Shown: positions 19,680 to 27,864, counted from the first letter of the stretch. The stretch: 64,000 bases of DNA from Candidatus Magasanikiibacteriota bacterium (GCA_041665405.1 JBAYIZ010000004.1:3958-67957); one strand, 5' to 3'. Notes: generated from the sequence alone by a model not told the origin. Translations and numbers: made by a program.

Positions 19680-20144
19680 ATGTATAAAATCGTCGCATAT
19701 GATGACACGATGAAAGATGGTGTTGTCCAATTTCTACTTTCAATATTAGAAGGAGAATTTAATCACACTGGCATTGAACGACCAGACATATATTCTATTT
19801 CAGCCACATATCAAAAAGATGGCGGTAATTTTTGGGTTGCTTTTGATCAAGATAAATTAATAGGAACCGCTGGTCTGATTAATTATGGTTCAAATAATGG
19901 ATATATAAAAAGAATGAGTGTTGATCCTAATTATCGTGGTAAGGGAATCGCTCAGAGCCTGTTAAATGTTTTATTAGATTTTGCCAAAGAATATAGTTAT
20001 AAAAAACTATATTTGGCCACTTCAGAAAATATGATAGCCGCTCAAAAATTTTATGAAAAAGAAGGGTTCAACAGAATACCAAAATTACCAAATGGTTTTC
20101 CTACATCTGGAGCCACAATTTTTTATAAATTGTCGTTAAATTAA
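19680..20144 (+). CDS. GNAT acetyltransferase
   Basis: MSVDPNYRGKGIA acetyl-CoA motif, AQKFYEKEGF. Confidence 0.88.
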   Translation: MYKIVAYDDTMKDGVVQFLLSILEGEFNHTGIERPDIYSISATYQKDGGNFWVAFDQDKLIGTAGLINYGSNNGYIKRMSVDPNYRGKGIAQSLLNVLLDFAKEYSYKKLYLATSENMIAAQKFYEKEGFNRIPKLPNGFPTSGATIFYKLSLN

Positions 20145-20155
20145 GTTTTTTCTGT

Positions 20156-20689
20156 ATGATAAAAACTCTAAGCAAAAAACTAATATATAAAAATCATTGG
20201 ATAACTGTTTGGGAAGATAAAGTAGATTTTGGTAAAAATAATAAAGGCATGTATTCGTATATGGAGCGTAATGATGCTGGCCCGATAATGATTGCCCTTA
20301 CCAAAGATAATAAAGTAGCACTATTAAAAGAATGGAGATATCCGATAAAGAAATACTCGCTAGGTTTTCCAGTTGGCGGTCGGGAAAAAAATGAGAGCTG
20401 GAGTAGTGCTGCTAAGCGTGAGTTGAAAGAAGAAACGGGTATTAGCGCGCGCAAGTGGACAAACCTTGGGAAAATATACATTGATCCTGGAGTGAGTACT
20501 CAATATTCTTATGTTTATCTGGCAGAGGATTTAATTTTTGGCGTTCAGGAGCTTGAACATTCTGAAAATCTTACAGTCAAATTTGTCTCTTTAGTTGAAT
20601 TAGAAAAACTGATTTTAAAAAGTGCAATAAAAAGTAATTGGTTATTAGCAAGCTACGCAAAATTATCTGTTTATTTAAATTCAAGATAG
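20156..20689 (+). CDS. NUDIX hydrolase (ADP-ribose pyrophosphatase-like)
   Basis: GG..KNESWSSAAKRELKEETG Nudix box. Confidence 0.88.
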   Translation: MIKTLSKKLIYKNHWITVWEDKVDFGKNNKGMYSYMERNDAGPIMIALTKDNKVALLKEWRYPIKKYSLGFPVGGREKNESWSSAAKRELKEETGISARKWTNLGKIYIDPGVSTQYSYVYLAEDLIFGVQELEHSENLTVKFVSLVELEKLILKSAIKSNWLLASYAKLSVYLNSR

Positions 20690-20702
20690 TTTTGATAAAA
20701 AA

Positions 20703-20730
20703 GTTTGCCTACCGTCTCGGTAGGGTCTAC
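20703..20730 (+). repeat. 28-bp palindromic cassette-boundary repeat, copy 1
   Basis: GTTTGCCTACCGTCTCGGTAGGGTCTAC. Confidence 0.95.
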
Positions 20731-20782
20731 ACGCACAATTACGCTAAAAATAGCGTAATTTTTGTTACATTTAATATGATAC

Positions 20783-20811
20783 TTGACATATATATAAAAT
20801 ATAGCTATAAT
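20783..20811 (+). promoter_or_regulatory. Consensus sigma70 promoter of the TA operon
   Basis: TTGACA-17 bp-TATAAT. Confidence 0.8.
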
Positions 20812-20844
20812 ATATACATATTAAATCAGTATAATTTACAGAAT

Positions 20845-21120
20845 ATGACCACCCAAGTAATTTTCAAAATTGATACAAAACTTAAAAATCGGGCGATGGC
20901 CAAGGCACAACACGAAGGTATCGCTTTCTCGTCAATTCTTAAATTTGCCACCAAAGCATTTGTTGATGGTGATTTGAATTTGGGTTTAATTGGAAGTGAA
21001 AAGTTCAACTCAACTGTTGGCAGGGATGTGGCAAATGCACAAAAAGATATTTCAAAAGGAAAAAATCTTTCGCCTAGTTTTTCTTCTGCCAAAGCAGCAA
21101 TTAATTTTCTTAAAAAATAA
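20845..21120 (+). CDS. Antitoxin, RelB/DinJ-like
   Basis: N-terminal RHH-like VIFKIDTKLK, C-terminal SPSFSSAKAAINFL; abuts the toxin gene; ATG just downstream of the promoter. Confidence 0.7.
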   Translation: MTTQVIFKIDTKLKNRAMAKAQHEGIAFSSILKFATKAFVDGDLNLGLIGSEKFNSTVGRDVANAQKDISKGKNLSPSFSSAKAAINFLKK

Positions 21121-21384
21121 ATGAAACTTATGGAGGTAAGATTTCATAAAAATTTTACGAAAAAATTTAAGAAATTACCAGTTAAAATTCAGGAACAATT
21201 TTATGAACGATTAGAGTTGTTTTTTCAGAATAAGTTTGATATAACACTCAATAATCATTCGGTAGACAAAGTTTTCTCAAATTGTAATAGCATAAATATA
21301 AGTGGGGATTACAGAGCGATTTTTGAAGATCAGGATATTATAACTATATTTATTACAATTGGGACTCATTCGGATTTATATTAA
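21121..21384 (+). CDS. Type II toxin, RelE/YafQ family
   Basis: FHKNFTKKFKKL, NHS, SINISGDYRAIF, IGTHSDLY. Confidence 0.85.
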   Translation: MKLMEVRFHKNFTKKFKKLPVKIQEQFYERLELFFQNKFDITLNNHSVDKVFSNCNSINISGDYRAIFEDQDIITIFITIGTHSDLY

Positions 21385-21390
21385 AAGAAA

Positions 21391-21418
21391 GTTTGCCTAC
21401 CGTCTCGGTAGGGTCTAT
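21391..21418 (+). repeat. 28-bp repeat, copy 2 (last base C>T)
   Basis: GTTTGCCTACCGTCTCGGTAGGGTCTAT. Confidence 0.95.
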
Positions 21419-21470
21419 AAAAAAATTGAAAATTAAAATACCTGAAAACAGGTATTTTTTTATTTTATAA

Positions 21471-21499
21471 TTGACTGTATAGGGTATGGCTGTTAAAAT
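21471..21499 (+). promoter_or_regulatory. Sigma70-type promoter of the isoprenoid cassette
   Basis: TTGACT-17 bp-TAAAAT; GGGAGG SD before ATG 21530. Confidence 0.65.
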
Positions 21500-21529
21500 A
21501 ATCCCGCCCTATAATCTCGGGAGGTCGTC

Positions 21530-22201
21530 ATGTTCAAGCACTTTTGTTTGTGCGTGTGGGCGTTCCAGATTGTCTGGGCGCAAGTCGAAATTTCACATTC
21601 AGACCGTCTGCGTCTGTGGATCAAGAGTCTGGCGCTGTACCTGTCGTTCCTCGCATTCACCGATCGCGAGCGACCGAAGGTTCAACTCAAACGAGCCATG
21701 ATCTCGGCAGTGCTCTCGGCGTTGTATGATTACGACACCGATTGGGTGCGGACGAGTGATCCGGCAAGTTCGATGTTCTACCAACAGGTGGACGTACTGC
21801 TCGCTGATCATCCAGCGCGGGAGGAATCCTCGACAACTGTCAAGAATCTCTTCCAGATGGACTGGGAGGGAAAGTTTTCGGCCGATGGTTTGGAGCGCGG
21901 CGGTGTTGCCCTTCGATCCTATAGGAAAATCATCTAAAGTCGGTGGTTGTCAAAATACACCGAGAAGGAGATTGATCACTTCGGTAGAAAATTGCAGATG
22001 GTGGATGACATGCTCGATCTCGAGAAGGACGCTGCGTCCGGAGATACGAACTGTTTTCACCTACCAGCTGCACAGACCTACCGCACTGAACTGCGGCGTT
22101 TCCTGAGGAGTGAGTTCTTCAGGGAGTTGGAGCAGAACTCCTGGGTCTACAAGTCTGTTCGCATGAGGTGCGAACGCAAACTCCAGAGAGGTGTACTGTG
22201 A
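21530..22201 (+). pseudogene. Class I isoprenoid/terpene synthase-like gene interrupted by one in-frame TAA (21935-21937)
   Basis: ORFs 21530-21937 and 21947-22201 are in the same frame; Asp-rich motifs LYDYDTD and GRKLQMVDDMLDLEKD. Confidence 0.65.
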
Positions 22202-22992
22202 TTGCTAAGCTCATCTCGACCAGTCGGCCGATGACGGGCGTCTTCGCGGCGCTCCTTTCTGTCGCTGGATTTCGGTACTTCAACGACGCGCCGTGGATGC
22301 TCGTGTCGGCCACCGCCGTTCTCTTCTTGGGAATCACTTGGCACATCATGTCGTTCAACGATCTGATGGACAGGGTGAACGACCTGCGCAAGAACAAACG
22401 GTTCGCGTACGAAAACGAGTGGGCTCTGCGCCAGTACATCGCGGTGCTGAGTTCGGCCACGCTCACCGTCCTTGGTGCGGTCACTGTGTGGGACATGCGT
22501 GTCGGGTTCTTCTGCGCTTGTGTCTGGGCGCTCGGCGTTCTGTACTCGTTCGTGCCGCACTGGTTCGTCGTCCAGAATTTGATCGTCGCGGTGTGCTCTG
22601 GTTCGCCGGTACTCGTCGGCGTGGTCAACAGTGGGGAAGTGGATTACAGGCCGTTGCTCGTGTTTTGCGCCTTCGTCTTTATCATCTTCATTCGTGAAGT
22701 GTACAAAGACATCGAAGACCAGGACACGGACACCGGATACAAGACCACTCTTCCCATCGTGCTCGGCCACGAAGCGAGTGTGGAGGTGACTACTGGGCTG
22801 ACCTTCGGTTGGGCGGTTTGTCTGTTCCTTTACCCCGACACCTTGTTGGGTGTGATCGGGTTGGGTGGGGGTTCGGCTCTGTTGTCCATTCACCAAGAAC
22901 TCTTGTACGACCACAGGAAGTTCGCCCAAGCAAAAGCGGCTTTGGATTGGGTGATCCGAGCCGTCATCGTCAGCATCCTCATCACCCAATAG
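22198..22992 (+). CDS. UbiA-family prenyltransferase (DGGGP-synthase-like)
   Basis: SRP, NDLMDRVND, REVYKDIEDQDTD, GYKTTLP; multi-TM; GTG overlaps the upstream TGA (GTGA). Confidence 0.82.
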   Translation: MIAKLISTSRPMTGVFAALLSVAGFRYFNDAPWMLVSATAVLFLGITWHIMSFNDLMDRVNDLRKNKRFAYENEWALRQYIAVLSSATLTVLGAVTVWDMRVGFFCACVWALGVLYSFVPHWFVVQNLIVAVCSGSPVLVGVVNSGEVDYRPLLVFCAFVFIIFIREVYKDIEDQDTDTGYKTTLPIVLGHEASVEVTTGLTFGWAVCLFLYPDTLLGVIGLGGGSALLSIHQELLYDHRKFAQAKAALDWVIRAVIVSILITQ

Positions 22993-23045
22993 GAGTGTTT
23001 TCGTTTCGTCCAACCACCTTGAATGCAGGTGGCATGGACGGAATT

Positions 23046-23122
23046 AAAAAACCGTTCGTGCTACCTGCTTTGATTCTTTATTTGGAATCAGAGCAAGGAG
23101 ATTTTTCACGAGCGGTTTTTTT
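23046..23122. other. Long bulged hairpin/terminator at the end of the GC-rich cassette
   Basis: AAAAAACCGTTCGTG/CACGAGCGGTTTTTT outer stem, TGCTTTGATTC/GAATCAGAGCA inner stem. Confidence 0.65.
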
Positions 23123-23127
23123 AAAAA

Positions 23128-23155
23128 GTTTGCCTACCGTCTCGGTAGGGTCTAC
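23128..23155 (+). repeat. 28-bp repeat, copy 3
   Basis: Exact match. Confidence 0.95.
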
Positions 23156-23287
23156 TGTAAGGGACTGCATCTTCAAAATGGTGCAGTTTTTGTTTTGGTT
23201 AAGAGAAGAAATGGAGTTTGCCATTCGAAATTTTTGCATTAGAAATTGTAATATGATAGTATTATAGATATATAAATAATATCCAAT

Positions 23288-23866
23288 ATGGAAGATTGGC
23301 AAAAGAAATTAGAAGCAATGAGATCTGGTTTGCCAAAACAAACTGATTCTTTTGTAATAAATGATGCTTTAATTGTTCCTGCAGCTAAAAAAGAAATTGT
23401 AAGTGTAAAACCTAGCGATAGAGATAGTGTAGAAGTGGAAAAAGATGATGTCCGTACCAGAACTGATTATGATGAACAGGTTAAAAAGGAAATATTAGAA
23501 AAAGAATCATATGATAATGACCCTGATTTTTTAGAAGTAGTTATAATTTTAGGATTGAAAAAAGGCCAGAATAGATATTTTAGAATTCGAGATATTTTTT
23601 ATCATGCAACAAGAACGGATGTCGATTATGAAGTTAATAGATATCTTACATTTACTAATGAAAAGGTACTTTCAATTAAAAAAAAATTAAGAGTACAAGG
23701 ATACAAATCGGCTGCCTACAGATTTTGGTTGTCCGCACAGCCAGAAGGTATGCGATACGGAAAACAAGTAAAAGAAGAACGTTTGAGTCAGGCCGAATAT
23801 TATGCTAAACAAGCGAGAACTACTTTGCAAGAAATTATAGATGGTCACGAGCAGCGTCTTAAGTAA
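23288..23866 (+). CDS. Hypothetical protein (AT-rich cassette)
   Basis: 192-aa ORF filling the interval between repeat copies 3 and 4. Confidence 0.65.
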   Translation: MEDWQKKLEAMRSGLPKQTDSFVINDALIVPAAKKEIVSVKPSDRDSVEVEKDDVRTRTDYDEQVKKEILEKESYDNDPDFLEVVIILGLKKGQNRYFRIRDIFYHATRTDVDYEVNRYLTFTNEKVLSIKKKLRVQGYKSAAYRFWLSAQPEGMRYGKQVKEERLSQAEYYAKQARTTLQEIIDGHEQRLK

Positions 23867-23890
23867 TGATTTTTTGGGTTTAGATCAATA

Positions 23891-23918
23891 GTTTGCCTAC
23901 TGTCTCGGTAGGGTCTAC
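23891..23918 (+). repeat. 28-bp repeat, copy 4 (one C>T at 23901)
   Basis: GTTTGCCTACTGTCTCGGTAGGGTCTAC. Confidence 0.93.
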
Positions 23919-24036
23919 ACTGCTGTACACAGGTTCTGGGTGACCGAGAGGACTCAAATCTGTACAGAAAATAAAATACCAATAAAATGGTATTTTTTCT
24001 TATTTAATAAAATTATACATTTTTCACATCAGAGTA

Positions 24037-24065
24037 TTGAATTTTTCTTAAGTACATGTTAGTTT
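24037..24065 (+). promoter_or_regulatory. Putative promoter of the peptidase gene
   Basis: TTGAAT-17 bp-TAGTTT with TG extension. Confidence 0.5.
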
Positions 24066-24129
24066 TATCTTATTCGGTTTCTGCTGTCATGCGGCAGTAG
24101 GAGAAGACAACTCCCACAGGAGGTTCAAC

Positions 24130-25362
24130 GTGAACCGTCATCCGGTGCTGGATCTGTTTCTCAAGTATGCGGCCATCGACACCAAGTCCGGGGTGAATGA
24201 GGAGAATCACCCCAGCTCGGTCGGCCAGACGACCTTGATCGCGATGATCAAGCAGGACCTGCTCGCCAGCGGCGCTACGGAAGGCCAGTTCTTGCACTTC
24301 AAGGACGGCTCGATGTTGGTGCGCTTCGAGGGCACCGTGAACGGCAAGGCGATCTGCTATGCCGCTCACGTGGACACCAGTCCGGAAGCCGCCGGAGGTG
24401 CGACGTGCATCATCCACGAGTACGACGGTGGTGACATCGTCCTGCCCGAGGGGGATGTCGTCATCTCGGAGAAGGATCTCGCCGACAAGAAGGGCACGAT
24501 CGTGACCGCGAACGGACTGACCACGCTCGGTGCCGACGACAAAGCTGGTGTGGCCATCCTCTGCCAGATCGGATCCGACCTGGCCAACGGGACCATCGCC
24601 CACCATCCTCCCGTCGACCTGTACTTCTGCGTGGACGAGGAGATCGGACAGCTCGAGATTGGCGTCGTGCCGTCTGAGATCGTCGGTTCGTGGAGCGCTT
24701 TCATCACGCTCGACGGCGGCAATCCGCAGATGGTCGACACCAGCTGCTTCAACGGCTGGGAGACGATCGTCGAGTTCTTCGGCCAGAGCGCTCATCCTGG
24801 TGCTGACGGCGAGAACCTCAAGCCGGCCCACTACGCGATGGCGCGGCTCATCACCGAGCTGCAGGATACTTGGGTCGTCGATGCTCCCTGGATTTCCCGG
24901 GGCGATGCACCGTTCATCTACGTGTCCAGGGTGGGGGAAATGACCCCCGTTCATGCGCAAGCCGAGGTCATGCCGCGATCCTTCAATGCCGAGGACCTTC
25001 CCAAGTTCCACGAGCTGATTGTCGAGATCACCGAGAACATCGTCGCGTCGTACGGCGTCCGCTGTCAGATCAGTGGTCGTGGGTTGCTGTACGTCAACAC
25101 GGCCACGGCCATCAAGCAGCACCCTGAAGTCCTCGATCCCATCATGCACGCGATCCACGAGATCCTGCATACGACGGGCGAGAACGCCGTCCGCGGCGGC
25201 ACCGATGGTGCCATGGCGAACATGAAGTACCCCGGCCTGCCCTCTCCGAACCTCGGCGTCGGCATGTACAAGTTCCACGGCGTCCGCGAGTTCCTCGTCG
25301 TGAAGGAGATGCTCGCGATGTACGAGGTCATGAAGCTCCTCGTGCCAGCCTATGCCGACTAG
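24130..25362 (+). CDS. pepT: Peptidase T-like tripeptide aminopeptidase (M20), GC-rich
   Basis: AHVDTSP, TTLGADDKAG, DEEIG, TLDGG, VRGGTDGA, PSPNLG, FHG; AGGAGG SD, GTG start. Confidence 0.8.
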   Translation: MNRHPVLDLFLKYAAIDTKSGVNEENHPSSVGQTTLIAMIKQDLLASGATEGQFLHFKDGSMLVRFEGTVNGKAICYAAHVDTSPEAAGGATCIIHEYDGGDIVLPEGDVVISEKDLADKKGTIVTANGLTTLGADDKAGVAILCQIGSDLANGTIAHHPPVDLYFCVDEEIGQLEIGVVPSEIVGSWSAFITLDGGNPQMVDTSCFNGWETIVEFFGQSAHPGADGENLKPAHYAMARLITELQDTWVVDAPWISRGDAPFIYVSRVGEMTPVHAQAEVMPRSFNAEDLPKFHELIVEITENIVASYGVRCQISGRGLLYVNTATAIKQHPEVLDPIMHAIHEILHTTGENAVRGGTDGAMANMKYPGLPSPNLGVGMYKFHGVREFLVVKEMLAMYEVMKLLVPAYAD

Positions 25363-25420
25363 TTCGTCCCGCCACAGTTCGTTTCCGCTCGCATCCCGCC
25401 AAATTGACTGGGTGCGACCA

Positions 25421-25481
25421 CAAGTCCATCCAGTCCCCTTAATTGATAGTTTAATTCTGTCATTTAAGGGGAATGGATTTG
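25421..25481. other. Bulged long hairpin after the peptidase gene
   Basis: CAAGTCCAT-[CCAG]-TCCCCTTAA...TTAAGGGGA-ATGGATTTG. Confidence 0.65.
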
Positions 25482-25545
25482 TAAAATAATAAAACCACTT
25501 ATAGTAATATGAGTGGTTTTTTGTTGTTTTAACTTTTAATAATAA

Positions 25546-25574
25546 TTGACAAAAATAGTCTATAGTTGTAGTTT
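25546..25574 (+). promoter_or_regulatory. Putative promoter of the MFS gene
   Basis: TTGACA-17 bp-TAGTTT. Confidence 0.6.
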
Positions 25575-25644
25575 TAACCTAGGTTTCTTGTGTCGCAGGG
25601 TGGTCCTGCGCGAACCAGATCAAGCGCCTCAAGGAAGGTGTCCG

Positions 25645-27093
25645 ATGTTGTTGTCCCCGGTGAAGACCTACTTCCAAGACTTCGGCCAGCTGTTCAAGCT
25701 GCCGAGGGAGTTCTGGGCCATCCAGGCCTTGAACTTCGTGTATTGCGCGTTCTACTTCACGTTCGTGACGATCAGCGCGCTGCACCTGAGCCAGGATGTC
25801 GGCTTCAGCGATGAAGGTGCCGGCCTGCTCTTCGGCGTGTTCATGTTCGGCACGGCGATCATCCAGATCCTGATGGGTCCTGTCGTGGACCGTCTCGGTT
25901 TTCGGAAGACGCCGCTCGTGGCCGCCATGATCATCACCGTCGGCATGCTCGGCATCGGCTTCACGCCGCTCGTGTTCGGCGCCAACAACCTCGCTCGTGC
26001 TCTGATGGTGCTCTTCTACCTCGTGGCTATGGTCGGGAACGGTCTCATGTCCCCGGTTGTCACGGCAGGAGTGAAGAGATTCTCCAATTCCGAGACGCGC
26101 GGCGCGGGCTTCAACATGTGGTACCTGACTATGAATGTCGGAGCTATGCTGACCTTCGTCATCGACTTCATGCGTCGGCCGCTTGAGGACAAGGCCACCG
26201 CCGAACAACTCGCTGCCTTTCGTGATGGTGGGGGCAACTCCAACATCGTGTGGTACCTCGTCGGCCTGCTCGTCGTCTGCTGGCTGGTCGTGTACCTCTT
26301 CCTCAAGAAGGAGGCGCAGTTCGCCGAGTTCAACACGGCCGTGTCGCAGTCGAAGGTCGTCGCGACCAAGACCAAGCAACCGCCTTTCGGCGAGATGATC
26401 AAGGAGATCTGGGCGGACAAGGCGTTTCGCAAGGTCCTCGCCCTCCTGTTCTTCACCATCCCGGCTCACATTCCCTTCGTCGCGATCTTCGTGATCTATC
26501 CCAAGTACTACACGCGGGTGATCGCGCCGGACGTGAACCTGGGGATGTTGCAGTCGCTCAACCCGGTCATCATCGTCGTCGGCCTGCTCATGTTCGCGCC
26601 GTTGCTCAAGCGCTTCAGCGTGTACTGGGTTCTGACCGTCGGCATGTTCATCGGCGGAGCTTCCTGCCTGGTCCTCGCGATCCCTCCGCTGTGGCTCGGC
26701 AAGCTCTTCGGCATCAGCGCCATCGGTGATGTCTACCTCGCGATGGTGGGCGTGCAGATCGTGATCTTCTCGATGGGCGAATTCGTCTGGAGCCCTCAGC
26801 TCCAGGCCTACGTCGGCGCCATCGCTCCCGAAGGCAAGGAAGGCACCTACATGGGCGTGACGAGGTACCCCTACACCCTCGCCAAGTTGTTGGGCGGAGC
26901 CATCGGCGGCCTCCTCCTGGCGCACTACTGCCCTGAGGGAATCAAGCCGTTGCTCGAAGCTGGCAAGGTCGGGTACACCGACGGCCCCGAGTTCATGAAC
27001 CTGATCCTCGCCCTGTTCGCGCTCTCGAGCCCGATGTTCCTGATCCTGCTCCGGAAGAAGTACTACGTCGACACGCGCGCCGAGGCGAGCTGA
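25645..27093 (+). CDS. MFS transporter, POT/peptide-transporter-like, GC-rich
   Basis: GPVVDRLGFRK MFS motif A, GFNMWYLTMNVG, SLNP, GEFVWSP; ~12 TMs; AAGGAAGG SD before ATG 25645. Confidence 0.82.
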   Translation: MLLSPVKTYFQDFGQLFKLPREFWAIQALNFVYCAFYFTFVTISALHLSQDVGFSDEGAGLLFGVFMFGTAIIQILMGPVVDRLGFRKTPLVAAMIITVGMLGIGFTPLVFGANNLARALMVLFYLVAMVGNGLMSPVVTAGVKRFSNSETRGAGFNMWYLTMNVGAMLTFVIDFMRRPLEDKATAEQLAAFRDGGGNSNIVWYLVGLLVVCWLVVYLFLKKEAQFAEFNTAVSQSKVVATKTKQPPFGEMIKEIWADKAFRKVLALLFFTIPAHIPFVAIFVIYPKYYTRVIAPDVNLGMLQSLNPVIIVVGLLMFAPLLKRFSVYWVLTVGMFIGGASCLVLAIPPLWLGKLFGISAIGDVYLAMVGVQIVIFSMGEFVWSPQLQAYVGAIAPEGKEGTYMGVTRYPYTLAKLLGGAIGGLLLAHYCPEGIKPLLEAGKVGYTDGPEFMNLILALFALSSPMFLILLRKKYYVDTRAEAS

Positions 27094-27102
27094 CGAATAC
27101 GA

Positions 27103-27283
27103 CTTCACCACACCCCATCTTCCGAAATACGGTGGGGAAGAGCGACGCTGACTGTCGCTCCGTCCGAAAGGATGTTCATCTTGGCCACCCGGCCAGGTGA
27201 GGAGGATTTGGTCAGAACATTCGACCACCCGCACTCACTTAAATTCAGAATTCATTTCTGGCTTTAAGCGACGGGTGGTTTTT
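27103..27283 (+). ncRNA. Putative structured 3' trailer RNA/element (multi-hairpin junction plus bulged hairpin), copy A
   Basis: Closing stem CTTCACC/GGTGAGG enclosing four hairpins, then GTCAGAACATTCGACCACCCG-CAC-TCA...CGA-CGGGTGGT; homologous to 61056-61225. Confidence 0.5.
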
Positions 27284-27294
27284 GTTTATGAAAA

Positions 27295-27322
27295 GTTTGC
27301 CTACCGTCTCGGTAGGGTCTAC
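27295..27322 (+). repeat. 28-bp repeat, copy 5
   Basis: Exact match. Confidence 0.95.
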
Positions 27323-27367
27323 TAGTTTAAAAATTCGCTTATCGAAGCGGATTTTTTGTTATCTATC

Positions 27368-27396
27368 TTGACAATACTACTAAATTATGTTATTTT
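27368..27396 (+). promoter_or_regulatory. Putative promoter
   Basis: TTGACA-17 bp-TATTTT with TG extension. Confidence 0.55.
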
Positions 27397-27426
27397 AATC
27401 AGTCCGAATTTTTCAGGAGGTTCAGA

Positions 27427-27708
27427 ATGCCCAAGCATCGCGCTGGTGGCAAGTACTCAGGTTCGCACACGACCATCATCGATGCCGCCGAGGTGGTCGC
27501 AGACACTGCGGCAAAATTGAAGGAGGTGAGCAAGATTATCCTTGGGATGATAAAGGTTGCGCCTTCAAAACAGGCGCGCCTCAAGATCACGGTCGTTCCG
27601 GCCGGGTTGGAGGTGGTGGTTTACGGCAGAATCTCTCTGCAGACCATCTTCGTCTACACCAAGGACACGAAGAACGTTCAGAGCGCTATCGAGCGAGCTT
27701 TCCGCTGA
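27427..27708 (+). CDS. Small GC-rich protein, DUF2103-like
   Basis: GKYSGSHTTII...IILGMI...LKIT...Q motif pattern; CAGGAGG SD. Confidence 0.6.
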   Translation: MPKHRAGGKYSGSHTTIIDAAEVVADTAAKLKEVSKIILGMIKVAPSKQARLKITVVPAGLEVVVYGRISLQTIFVYTKDTKNVQSAIERAFR

Positions 27709-27864
27709 AGGCAAACTCGTGCGCAAGCAACTGACGCTACACCGCGAAGCGTCTGGCAGTGTTGCAACTCGGAATCGCGGTACTGTCAAAAGCAGCTTTG
27801 TTAAAGGCTGTTTTTGTTTTTAAATACATTCGAACTATTTTCGAATTTTTTAATTTAATAAAAA

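Noticed and set aside
21935-21937. Stop-codon reassignment or programmed readthrough
   Set aside because: TAA, TAG and TGA all terminate other genes in this window; a single TAA is better explained by mutation or sequencing error.
24070-27234. Long minus-strand ORFs (402 aa and 551 aa), also 22147-23013
   Set aside because: Antisense shadows of GC3-rich genes; the plus-strand frames carry the family motifs and SD sites.
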